A stretch of 64,000 nucleotides of DNA, taken from positions 128,677-192,676 of the forward strand of contig RXIG01000001.1 in NCBI GenBank assembly GCA_004212155.1, written 5' to 3'. Of the stretch, positions 10,527-19,468 are shown one piece after another (the stretch's first letter is position 1; every line of letters starts with the position of its first letter). The notes below the pieces were generated by a model. That model was not told where the DNA came from. It did no database searches and saw only the letters and a program-made list of their open reading frames with translations. The position numbers and the translations under genes were made by a program. This DNA comes from an archaeon (GTDB lineage: Archaea; Methanobacteriota_B; Thermococci; Methanofastidiosales; NM3).

Positions 10527-11546
10527 ATGAAAAAATACACAGTGGCCATATTCGTAGTCATCCTTTTTTCTTCGCTGCTTTCAGGTTGTATCGGTGGTGA
10601 TTCAGACGATACCTCCGACAGGGATGGTGATGGTGTCCAGGACACATACGATGCATGCCCCGATATCCCGGGCGAACCAACGAATCAAGGATGCCCCACC
10701 ACGACACCGGCGCCCACGACGACCTCTCCGCCTACGACCACCGCAGCTCCCACCACGACACCTGCGCCCACGACGACCGCAGCCCCCACTACTACAGCCC
10801 CGCCTACCATTACCATATTTCCAACATTCACAGCGTTTCCCACATACACCCTTCCACCAGACTTTTACAAGTTCTTCTGGTTGGGAGAGTGGGAACGAGA
10901 GGGGGTAACAAAGATCACGGGGACGACCAAGGTGTGGATCGTCTATGATGAAGATAACAATCTCGAGGTCCACTACTTCGTGCGTTGCTTCCCGACATCG
11001 TGTTACATGGGCTACTTCCGAGCCTTCTACAGCGATGGCGACCTCGTTGGCATCATGAACTTCTCCGACAGACAGGAGCTCCTAACACTTGAACGGAACA
11101 GCGATGGCACGATCTCGTTCACACGACAGGGATTCTATACGTCTGACGGCGGTGAGGACTATGAACAGACTTCAACGCTCGAGAAGACGGCAGCGCTGTC
11201 AAGCCTTCCCGAGGATCATTACATCGAATCATTCACTGGCATGTGGATCGATTTTGACAATACCCACTTCCTAAGCTCCGTCAACATAACAAAGATAGAC
11301 CCCAAGACGCTCGAGGTGCGCGTCTATGAGCACTGTACACCAGACAACTGTTACTGGGGCATAGACCAGTCGAACTTCTATCCGGGCGGCGTATCGTTTG
11401 ACCTGACCAACCTCAATGGCGATGAGCTCTCACTTGACATCACTTTGACGGAAACAGGTGGGTTGCATGTCGAGTGGGACCTCGCGTATAAAGGTGGCGG
11501 AGTTGCCGCAGGCACACAGACGCTGGTGAAGATCATCTATCTTTGA
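10527..11546 (+). CDS. Secreted lipoprotein with TSP3-like Ca motif, Thr/Pro linker and two similar beta-domains
   Basis: Lipobox LSGC, DRDGDGVQDTYDACP, TTPAP repeats, duplicated GxW...C-x3-CY-x-G module. Confidence 0.75.
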   Translation: MKKYTVAIFVVILFSSLLSGCIGGDSDDTSDRDGDGVQDTYDACPDIPGEPTNQGCPTTTPAPTTTSPPTTTAAPTTTPAPTTTAAPTTTAPPTITIFPTFTAFPTYTLPPDFYKFFWLGEWEREGVTKITGTTKVWIVYDEDNNLEVHYFVRCFPTSCYMGYFRAFYSDGDLVGIMNFSDRQELLTLERNSDGTISFTRQGFYTSDGGEDYEQTSTLEKTAALSSLPEDHYIESFTGMWIDFDNTHFLSSVNITKIDPKTLEVRVYEHCTPDNCYWGIDQSNFYPGGVSFDLTNLNGDELSLDITLTETGGLHVEWDLAYKGGGVAAGTQTLVKIIYL

Positions 11547-11564
11547 TCGTTCATTCTTTTTTTC

Positions 11565-11756
11565 TTATTTTTTCTTTCTCCGCTTGTCATGCAGGAGCGC
11601 CCCGTCGATACCTACGTTCTCAGCAGCATTCTCCTTGATCAAGACGGTGATAGAAGATATACCGTACTCTTCTGATGCCGCTCTCGTGAGCCGTTCAACT
11701 AATCTTCGCTTCGTCTCTATGCCAATGGGCGGGCCTTCTACAATAATCGTTGGCAT
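11565..11756 (-). CDS. 4-oxalocrotonate tautomerase family (DmpI-like)
   Basis: Pro-1 after Met (MPTIIVEG), ENVGIDG. Confidence 0.88.
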   Translation of the reverse strand: MPTIIVEGPPIGIETKRRLVERLTRAASEEYGISSITVLIKENAAENVGIDGALLHDKRRKKK

Positions 11757-11840
11757 TCGTAACACCATTCATCCTTCTACAAACACCTTTTTGTACGTTA
11801 CCCAACAAAAGCATGGCTCAGACAAATGGTGCTCGTTTTT

Positions 11841-12335
11841 TTACGATGTGAACTGAAGCGTGGGCAGCGTGGTATTGATTGCTTCCTCAAGCGAAGAAGG
11901 CGATTCTGCAAGATAGAGGAATTGATAGATGTAATCGCCACGGGCGGTAAGAAACAGTGCCGACTCGTATGTGGAAGTCTCGTCCTGGTAGCTCATGTCG
12001 AGCCGTTCGAACGTCACCCCTCCGTATGTCGCCTCGGACGTATCCCGCACGATGTATGATTCGTTATCGTTGAAGTTGTCTTTGATCTTTTGTATCTGTT
12101 CAGATACGTCCTTGTCTCCTAAAAAGCTCTCCCGTATGCCGAGGGCCGGCATGCCATTGGTGCCATAAAACATCTTCTCATCGACGGATTCGTCCCAGTG
12201 GGCAGGATAGGATATCTTGTATCCTCGGTCCTCATAGATAAAGGTCTTGAGGCCGTCGTTTGTCACGACCTTGCCGCCACCGGTGATGCATCCCATCACC
12301 ATCACTGCACACATAAGCGCGAGGTATCGTTTCAC
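11841..12335 (-). CDS. PsbP/DUF1795-like lipoprotein
   Basis: Lipobox VMGC, GYKISYPAHW. Confidence 0.65.
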   Translation of the reverse strand: MKRYLALMCAVMVMGCITGGGKVVTNDGLKTFIYEDRGYKISYPAHWDESVDEKMFYGTNGMPALGIRESFLGDKDVSEQIQKIKDNFNDNESYIVRDTSEATYGGVTFERLDMSYQDETSTYESALFLTARGDYIYQFLYLAESPSSLEEAINTTLPTLQFTS

Positions 12336-12697
12336 GCACTTATCTCGTTTATGTACTTTTTAAACATTGTCAATCTATGGGCTGCACATAGTGAAGGATG
12401 GAACTTCAAGCCCTCATCGACTGACCAAACAGTATTTTTTTTCTCAATTTTTATATGTATGCCGTTCCATTTTACATTTATAATATACTCCATCATTCAT
12501 GACGTCAACGCATATCAAATACGAATAATGGCTCTACAAGGCGAATAATTTGTATAAGACTCGCTATAATGGAGAACGCATTCTCTAATGCACCTGGAGG
12601 ATGAGGGCGTTATGTGCAAAGCTCAACCTTAGGGACAGGGTATTTATATCCACACATGAGAATGATTTCAATAGAAAATGTATTACATGGTGGTAAT

Positions 12698-13789
12698 ATG
12701 TCCTCTTTTAAGGAACAAGTAGAAGAATGTACCGAATGTGGAGAGTGCAATTTGGTTTGCCCAGTTTGCGCAGTTGATGACAGGGTAATATTCGGCCCCG
12801 AACACAAGATCAAGCTCCTGGCCAAGATAGAGGCGAATGGGCAGCTCAGTCAGGAGGAGATCGACTCCATCTATCTCTGCACCCGCTGTGGTGTATGCAA
12901 CGATGTATGTCCGGTGGACATAGATATATACAACATCGTACAGTATGAACGCTCGCTCCTGGCAAAACAAGGTCGCGAACCGGATAAGACAAAGCACATC
13001 ACGAACAACATATTGACCAAGTACAATCCTAAAGGACTTGACAACGAGGAAAGGGAATCGATGTGGGTCACCGATGATCTCGAGTTCTCGGACGACTCCT
13101 CGCTTGGCTACATGGCAGGATGCTGGGTGGCCTTCAAGAACCCACATATCGCCCAGGACACGGTGCGACTTCTCAACACTAGTGGCGTCAAGCCGCGTCT
13201 GATACCCGACGAGCGCTGTTGCGGGCTCTTTGTCATCGATAATGGCCATCTCGAGGAAGCACGTGATTACGCCAAATCATACACGGACTACCTCGAGTCG
13301 CTAGGCATCAAACGTTTGCTTGTATCATGTCCTTCATGCTACAATGTTTTGAATAATCTCTACCCTGGCCTCTATAGGAAACCGAAATATGAGGTCGTCC
13401 ACGCTATTGCCTACTTCAAGGAACTCTACGATGCAGGAAAACTCGACTTCAACAACATGGGCGAGAAGGTCATGATCAAAGATGCGTGCCCGATGAAAGA
13501 TCACTACGACATGGCAAGGGAGCTACTCGATGCCGCAGGATACTCTGTTTTTGACCCATTTGATAAGAAAGGATTTTGTTGCGGGGCCCCTGCAGGAGTG
13601 AAGCCGAACTACCCGGAGATCTCAAATGCCATAGGCAAGTATTCCCTCGACAAGAGGGGCGATGCCACAAGCGTCGTGACATACTGTCCCTTCTGTATGC
13701 ATCACTTCGATGGTGTACGGGAGGCGTACGACATTGAAACTCCCATCGAGGATATCGCCTCACTTCTATGGCGCGCAATGAAAAAGTAG
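12698..13789 (+). CDS. Fe-S protein, HdrD/GlcF family (2x4Fe-4S plus two CCG domains)
   Basis: CTECGECNLVCP, CTRCGVCNDVCP, CCG...CPSC, CCG...CPFC. Confidence 0.9.
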   Translation: MSSFKEQVEECTECGECNLVCPVCAVDDRVIFGPEHKIKLLAKIEANGQLSQEEIDSIYLCTRCGVCNDVCPVDIDIYNIVQYERSLLAKQGREPDKTKHITNNILTKYNPKGLDNEERESMWVTDDLEFSDDSSLGYMAGCWVAFKNPHIAQDTVRLLNTSGVKPRLIPDERCCGLFVIDNGHLEEARDYAKSYTDYLESLGIKRLLVSCPSCYNVLNNLYPGLYRKPKYEVVHAIAYFKELYDAGKLDFNNMGEKVMIKDACPMKDHYDMARELLDAAGYSVFDPFDKKGFCCGAPAGVKPNYPEISNAIGKYSLDKRGDATSVVTYCPFCMHHFDGVREAYDIETPIEDIASLLWRAMKK

Positions 13790-13794
13790 GCGCC

Positions 13795-14715
13795 CTATTC
13801 TATGACCCCCTCTTCGTAGGGGGCCTCTCTTGGTTTTGCACGGCTCTCCTGAATGATGATACCGGTAGCAACGATGATCAGCGCACCCCCTATGATGGTG
13901 CCCGGATTGACCTTCTCAGCAAGTATGAGGTATGCCCAGATGCCGCTGAGCACGCCCTCCAGGAGGACGATGACCGACGCCTTGGCAGCTTCCAGGTGAC
14001 GTAGGGCGATGTTATAGAGGATAAACGAGAGAGCGGTGCAGAAGCTGCCCATGATAAAGAGCATGGCCAATGAATATCCTGTTATCATCCCAGATGTTCC
14101 TCCGAATGGGAGGGTGATGATAGCAGCGAAGAGGAAGAGCCAGAACGTCGATGTGATGCCCTCATGCGTTTTTCCAAGCAGCCGCATGGCAATGGTGTAC
14201 GTTGCCCATCCGAATCCCGATGCCGTTGCGACGAGGTCACCGAAGAAATGGGTCCCACCGAACTCGACGGCACCGCCATAATCATACCAAAGGATGAGAA
14301 ATCCGCCTGTGATGCCGATGAGTACAGCCAACGTCGTGCGGCGCGTGATGTCCTCCTTTAGAAAGAAGTATGATATGATGAGCACATAGATCGGTGCAAG
14401 TTGCTGTAGGAAGACGGTGTTTGCGATCGTGGTGTTTTTGATGCCCACGGTATAAGTGTAGATCGTGAATGCGATGAGGACGCCCGGGATGATGAGACGT
14501 ACGAGCTCGGACTTGGAGACCCGAAGCATTGGCAGACGTTTTGTCACCACCGCATAGAGCAACAGCACGAGCGATGCGAAAATGAAACGGTATAGGATGA
14601 TGAGCCCGGAGCTCAATTCAGGGACCTGTCTGACAAAGATGCCAAGGATGCTCCATAGGACGACGCCTATGAACGTGTATATCACCCCCCTGACGTCGTC
14701 TTGTACATCCATCAT
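13795..14715 (-). CDS. DMT/EamA family transporter
   Basis: About 10 TM helices in duplicated EamA halves. Confidence 0.9.
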   Translation of the reverse strand: MMDVQDDVRGVIYTFIGVVLWSILGIFVRQVPELSSGLIILYRFIFASLVLLLYAVVTKRLPMLRVSKSELVRLIIPGVLIAFTIYTYTVGIKNTTIANTVFLQQLAPIYVLIISYFFLKEDITRRTTLAVLIGITGGFLILWYDYGGAVEFGGTHFFGDLVATASGFGWATYTIAMRLLGKTHEGITSTFWLFLFAAIITLPFGGTSGMITGYSLAMLFIMGSFCTALSFILYNIALRHLEAAKASVIVLLEGVLSGIWAYLILAEKVNPGTIIGGALIIVATGIIIQESRAKPREAPYEEGVIE

Positions 14716-14828
14716 CTCACCTTCCGTATTATCTCCCATCGTCGCCTTTCATTAAAGCTTTTTGGTCTTTTTGTCTTTTGCTGACGAAACGATGCTTTTT
14801 TTAACTCGTTGGGGATAGTGGTAAGCAC

Positions 14829-15053
14829 ATGAAGATCTATGTCGTTATAAGGGTCGATGAGCATGACATCCTCTATGTCGACTCCGTGGGTAATGAGGTG
14901 AGCGCTGGCCTCAAGGAGGAACGCGAGGTCATACTCGTCACGACGGATGCATCACGTGCACATGACGCCTTCGACACGCCGACAGGATTCAGGAGAATCC
15001 TTGAAGTGTGGGAGGATGAGGAACGTACCGAACAGAAGGAATCATACAAGTAA
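14829..15053 (+). CDS. Small hypothetical protein
   Basis: 74 aa ORF with TATA-like element upstream and host-like codons. Confidence 0.6.
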   Translation: MKIYVVIRVDEHDILYVDSVGNEVSAGLKEEREVILVTTDASRAHDAFDTPTGFRRILEVWEDEERTEQKESYK

Positions 15054-15145
15054 GCACACTACCTTTTTATTGTGCCGCGCCATATACAATATATGCATTA
15101 TGATATGGTGCTAGCAACATTAATTGTTTGCCTGGAGTTGTGGTA

Positions 15146-15328
15146 ATGGCAATTGATATCGTATCCATCATCGTTCTCATCGTGTTGATATTCCTGGTCG
15201 TGGCCATCATCAAGAAGTTCCTCTGGCTCATCGTATTGCTCATAATGCTTGCGATAGTATTGACGGTGGCCAGAAGGTATGATGCGCTGCCTGACTTCTT
15301 AACTGCCGTGTTACAATTATATATGTAA
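15146..15328 (+). CDS. Small two-TM membrane protein
   Basis: Two hydrophobic helices separated by KK. Confidence 0.6.
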   Translation: MAIDIVSIIVLIVLIFLVVAIIKKFLWLIVLLIMLAIVLTVARRYDALPDFLTAVLQLYM

Positions 15329-15369
15329 ACAGCGAGATTGCCTCGCCCTTACCAGGAAGTCAAAAGCAT

Positions 15370-15663
15370 AGATTAGGTCATGGATCATCGTATTTTCTAT
15401 TAGCATACGTATAGCCCCCATGGCTTGGCGCGCATGTGCAGTAGCTATGAATGGCGATGAGAGATGCATCCCCGACGCGGAGAGTCTCTTGTCCATCTGG
15501 CCCTAGTACTACCTCTTCATGTTGTCTTTAAGGGAAAAAGGGGCGTTACCACCTTGCCAGGGAGGTAGTCGTTTGCAAGAACGGCGAGTAGCACTCGCTC
15601 AGCCCTTTCCGTTACACATGGCGGTGGAACTGCTCCGCCACATCGTACTGTTCCTTGTTCACA
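15370..15663 (-). pseudogene. Possible highly decayed tyrosine integrase remnant beside the tRNA-Arg 3' end
   Basis: Separate fragments EQFHRHV*RKGLSE, HSYCT and RQAMG...IENTMIH, broken by stops and frame changes, echo XerC/D motifs in the correct order. Confidence 0.25.
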
Positions 15664-15755
15664 CCTTCAGCCCGCACCGCTGAGGATATCATAGGTGAAA
15701 GTTGAAAGGGGAACGAGAAAATATATTGCTTTAAATCCTAAATGATGAGAAAAAG

Positions 15756-15829
15756 CGCCCTCGCCGAGATTCGAACTCGGGATCTTCAGCTCCGCAGGCT
15801 GACGTCATATCCAGCTAGACCACGAGGGC
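15756..15829 (-). tRNA. tRNA-Arg(GCG)
   Basis: GCCCTCG/CGAGGGC acceptor stem, anticodon loop CTGCGGA, GTTCGAATC T-loop. Confidence 0.95.
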
Positions 15830-15882
15830 AACAGTTGACATAATTCGAAAACTTATTTAAATCTTTTTATTGCCCCTACTTC

Positions 15883-16929
15883 ATGGAAGCGTTTCCCGAA
15901 GGCACGTATCACGGCCCCATACCTGAAGGGTGTACGCTGTGCGCCCTCGGGGCGAAGATGGTCCTCTTCGTAACAGGCGCCTGTCTCGGGACCTGTTATT
16001 ACTGTCCTCTTTCCGAGAAGAGAAAGGGTGTTTGGGCGACGTGGGCCAATGAGCGCAAGGTGTCCTCTGCAGAGGAGGCAGTGGATGAGGCCCGTTTGAT
16101 GGATGCTCTTGGCACCGGTATCACCGGCGGCGACCCATTGCTCGTGCTTGACGATACCATCACCTATGCCAGGGCACTCAAGGATGCGTTCGACCATCAC
16201 CACATCCATCTCTATACGCCCGGGACGCTCGTTGATTCGATGGCCATGCAATATATCGAGCAGGTAATCGACGAGATACGATTCCATCCCCCTGGCTACG
16301 ACGTAGAAAGGATCGAGCTCGCGCTGCGTCATGACATCTCCGTTGGCGCAGAGGTCCCTGCGATCCCAGGTTTGAAAGATGACCTTATCTCATTTGCCTG
16401 CAGGCTTGACGACATCGGTGCCCATTTTCTCAACCTTAACGAGCTCGAGTACTCCGAGACGAACGCATCGGGGCTCAGGGCGAGGGGATTTTCCTTTTCG
16501 ACCGATTCGAACGCTGTCGAGGGAAGCGAGGAGCTTGCCATTGACATCGTCGGGGCCACGGCGGACCTTGACATCCCCGTGCATTACTGTTCTTCCCGGT
16601 TCAAGGACAGCATCCAGTTCAGGGAGCGCCTGAAGCGCCGTGCGAAGAACGTGAGAAAGAAGTATGAGGACATCGATGACGACGGCCTCCTTGTGCGAGG
16701 CGAGATCGAGGCGCATACTGTCAAGCGGAGAGACGAGGTGCTAAGCGCCATATCCGAGCTCTTCGAACGAGACGACGACATGGTAGAGGCGCGCGGAACG
16801 GCCGTACGTACCAGCTGGGCAGCTGTCGAGGAGCTTCGCGAGATCCTTAACATCCCCGGTGTTCAGTTCTCGATAGTAAAGGAATACCCCACCTATGATA
16901 GGCAAGTCGTAGAAAAAGAGATACTCTAG
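15883..16929 (+). CDS. Archaeal radical SAM protein (COG2108-like)
   Basis: GCTLC..GAKMVLFVTG, CxxxCxxC (CLGTCYYC), ITGGDP. Confidence 0.88.
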   Translation: MEAFPEGTYHGPIPEGCTLCALGAKMVLFVTGACLGTCYYCPLSEKRKGVWATWANERKVSSAEEAVDEARLMDALGTGITGGDPLLVLDDTITYARALKDAFDHHHIHLYTPGTLVDSMAMQYIEQVIDEIRFHPPGYDVERIELALRHDISVGAEVPAIPGLKDDLISFACRLDDIGAHFLNLNELEYSETNASGLRARGFSFSTDSNAVEGSEELAIDIVGATADLDIPVHYCSSRFKDSIQFRERLKRRAKNVRKKYEDIDDDGLLVRGEIEAHTVKRRDEVLSAISELFERDDDMVEARGTAVRTSWAAVEELREILNIPGVQFSIVKEYPTYDRQVVEKEIL

Positions 16930-17681
16930 GCCTTCTTGCCCATGTAGAGCATATACCCAAGCTTCTGTTCGCGAATGGCCTTCTCGCCCCTGCGCATGAG
17001 GTTTTCGAATCGTCCTGCATCGGCTGACGAGGCTTTAAGAAAGATGTTTGAGAAGAGGCGTATCTTCTTCCACTTCTGCAACAAGAGCTTCATGTTCTTC
17101 TCTGCGATCTGCTCCTTTTCCTCGGTGACGATGTTCGATAGGCCTGCCTGCTCCATGTAGTCCTTGAACGTTTCAACAGACAGGGAGGTGACCAGGCATG
17201 TAAGCTCCTTGAGCTCCTCTTGGTCCTCATCGCTCATCTCCGTTGTCGTGAAGTCGGCCATGGCAAACGTTCCCCCCTCCTTGAGGACTCGGCTACATTC
17301 GCTGATGGCCTTTGCCTTGTTGTCATAGCATGACAGTGATCGTTCCAGGACGACGAGGTCAAACGTCCCATCCTCGAACGGGAGGTCTTCTGCAAAGCCC
17401 CTTACAAAGGAGACCTTCTTGGTAAGCTTTTCTCGGCGAGCGATCTTCTCGGCCTCCTTGATGTGCGCTTCGAAGATGTCGCTGCCCACGACGGTGCAAC
17501 CGATCTCCTTTGCAAAATAGAATACCGTCTCGCCACCCCTGCATGCCACTACCAGGATGTATGTGTTCTTGTCCACTGGAATTGTGTTGGTGAGTTCCTC
17601 GCGAATTTTCTGTGTTGTCGTGTAAAAGATGTCACCAAGGATCTTGTCGACAAAGCCCCTCTCGTATGCCTCTTCAACCAT
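16926..17681 (-). CDS. Class I SAM-dependent methyltransferase
   Basis: Degenerate motif I (LVVACRGG), AEDLPFEDGTFD, RVLKEGG. Confidence 0.85.
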   Translation of the reverse strand: MVEEAYERGFVDKILGDIFYTTTQKIREELTNTIPVDKNTYILVVACRGGETVFYFAKEIGCTVVGSDIFEAHIKEAEKIARREKLTKKVSFVRGFAEDLPFEDGTFDLVVLERSLSCYDNKAKAISECSRVLKEGGTFAMADFTTTEMSDEDQEELKELTCLVTSLSVETFKDYMEQAGLSNIVTEEKEQIAEKNMKLLLQKWKKIRLFSNIFLKASSADAGRFENLMRRGEKAIREQKLGYMLYMGKKA

Positions 17682-17917
17682 TGTACGTTAATAGGGGCGA
17701 TAGATATATTAATTTTTTGTGGTATCTAGAATATTATTCTATATTTTGTAATAAAATCACAAATGTACCTATATGTTATGCAATTATAAATTTTTATATA
17801 TTGGTACTATAGTACCATGCAATGCGACACGTTGTCTACGTGTGCCACATAGCTGTCAAGAATGGTAGTTTTTCACCACTAAGCAATGTTTAAATAGTTT
17901 TCTATAGCAACGGGCAC

Positions 17918-18526
17918 ATGGGAAAACGAAGGCATCTGGCATGTTTGCTTGTCGTTTGCGTGACGCTCATACTCATCATGGTCGAGGATGCGTTGCCCGC
18001 ATCGTCGTTTGATGGCTTTATATACAAGGAGTTCGTACTCTATCTTGCAATACCCCTCGTGGCCGCATACGCTCTTCGCAGATCCGTGCGCCCATTTGGC
18101 TTTGCACTAGGCGACAGGAAGAAGGTGGCCCGGTATGCAGTGATGCTCTACGGGATTGGCATACCTTTCATGATCGTGGGGTCGCGCATGAGCGCATTTC
18201 GTGCGTATTATCCTCGTTTCTCATTCGGCTCCTGGGAGGAGCTTGTATACTGGGAGCTCATGATAGGTGTTTTGATGCTCTCGACCGAGTTTTTCTTTCG
18301 TGGATTTCTCATGTTCGGGTGCAAGCGTGTCGGCAGGTGGGCCATACTGCTACAGGCCGTCCCCTATGCTTACATCCACCTGGGCAAGCCGATGCTCGAG
18401 GTCTACTACTCATTCTTCGCGGGCCTTGCGTTCGGATACATCGACTGGGAGTCCAAAAGCATCCTTCCTTCGTTTCTCGTTCACTGGTGCGCATCGGTGA
18501 CCTTTGACATCCTCTGCATGGTGTGA
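17918..18526 (+). CDS. CPBP (CAAX/Abi) intramembrane metalloprotease
   Basis: EFFFRG, HLGKP, VHW motifs in a hydrophobic protein. Confidence 0.85.
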   Translation: MGKRRHLACLLVVCVTLILIMVEDALPASSFDGFIYKEFVLYLAIPLVAAYALRRSVRPFGFALGDRKKVARYAVMLYGIGIPFMIVGSRMSAFRAYYPRFSFGSWEELVYWELMIGVLMLSTEFFFRGFLMFGCKRVGRWAILLQAVPYAYIHLGKPMLEVYYSFFAGLAFGYIDWESKSILPSFLVHWCASVTFDILCMV

Positions 18527-18557
18527 TAATCTTTATAAGCGAATCCTCAGAGAGTAT

Positions 18558-19115
18558 ATGACAACGATGAGGGCCCATTACAAGTATCCATTCTTGCTCG
18601 TGCTCGTCACGATCGTGGGCGTGGCGGTGTTTTCACTCTTCTACACGCCGGAACAGAGCCTCTCTATCGTGCTCCATGAGCGTGACACGAACATGACGGT
18701 CCATGTTCCCCTGTCGACCGTGCTCGAGCGATGCGAGGTAAAGGAACGGATCGTAAACGATGTGTGGCGAAACGAACTGATGACGTATGACTGCATCACG
18801 CTGCACGAGCTCCTTACGGATTCGGGGTATTTCTCCGAAGCACAGGAAGGCTTCGTATGCATGACAAACATACAGGGCACGATGGTATGCATACCAAGGG
18901 AGGACATCGCTGCCCATCCGCAACAGTTCCTCTTCGCAGTGGGGCGATCGGGTGAGGACCTTGCCGTAAGCTTTTCCAACACACCCGAAGCAGGGGGCCC
19001 GATGCGCGTGCTTATCGAATATGACGATACGCTTACTCAGGAGGAATACGGCCCATCGTACTGGATGTGGTGCGTCTACAAGATCAGTCTTGTACGAGAA
19101 GATCCTCGCTCGTGA
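18558..19115 (+). CDS. Membrane-anchored hypothetical protein, possibly molybdopterin-oxidoreductase-like fold
   Basis: N-terminal TM; GGPMRV and W..CV.KI segments. Confidence 0.55.
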   Translation: MTTMRAHYKYPFLLVLVTIVGVAVFSLFYTPEQSLSIVLHERDTNMTVHVPLSTVLERCEVKERIVNDVWRNELMTYDCITLHELLTDSGYFSEAQEGFVCMTNIQGTMVCIPREDIAAHPQQFLFAVGRSGEDLAVSFSNTPEAGGPMRVLIEYDDTLTQEEYGPSYWMWCVYKISLVREDPRS

Positions 19116-19308
19116 CGTTAAGGATCACGCTATCACCGAGCTTGGACACCTTGTCCATGCTCACGAGGACCGATGTGCGAAATCCCTTGTGCACCTCGAG
19201 TGCCGTGATGGCATACGTAGTGGCGTCGAACTCCACATCGTGTACCTTGCCCATTTCCCGGGCATCAACATCATATACCCGTTTTCCCAAGAGCGACTTT
19301 ACCATCAT
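19084..19308 (-). CDS. PRC-barrel domain protein (CdpB-like)
   Basis: LLGKRVYD...GKVHDVEFD, LGDSVIL. Confidence 0.82.
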   Translation of the reverse strand: MMVKSLLGKRVYDVDAREMGKVHDVEFDATTYAITALEVHKGFRTSVLVSMDKVSKLGDSVILNVTSEDLLVQD

Positions 19309-19422
19309 TGTGAACACCTTTTTTATTATCATTACGGGCTGTTAATTATTTTTATTCTCTGCACTCTAAATTATATATTAGTGTCTATAAAAAACACTTC
19401 TATCCTTTAAAACCAAAAGATT

Positions 19423-19440
19423 TATAAGTATATACTTATA
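19423..19440. promoter_or_regulatory. Perfect 18-bp palindrome, putative ArsR operator
   Basis: TATAAGTATATACTTATA overlapping a TATA-like element upstream of the DGC gene. Confidence 0.6.
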
Positions 19441-19468
19441 TCTATATATATTGAAGATAGGAAATGAT

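Noticed and set aside
10697-10810. Short direct repeats as possible CRISPR
   Set aside because: No spacers; they encode the Thr/Pro linker. No CRISPR array or cas gene seen anywhere in the window
17563-17583. Third ORB-like word TTCCAGTGGACAAG
   Set aside because: Inside the methyltransferase CDS (IPVDK) and lacks the G-string
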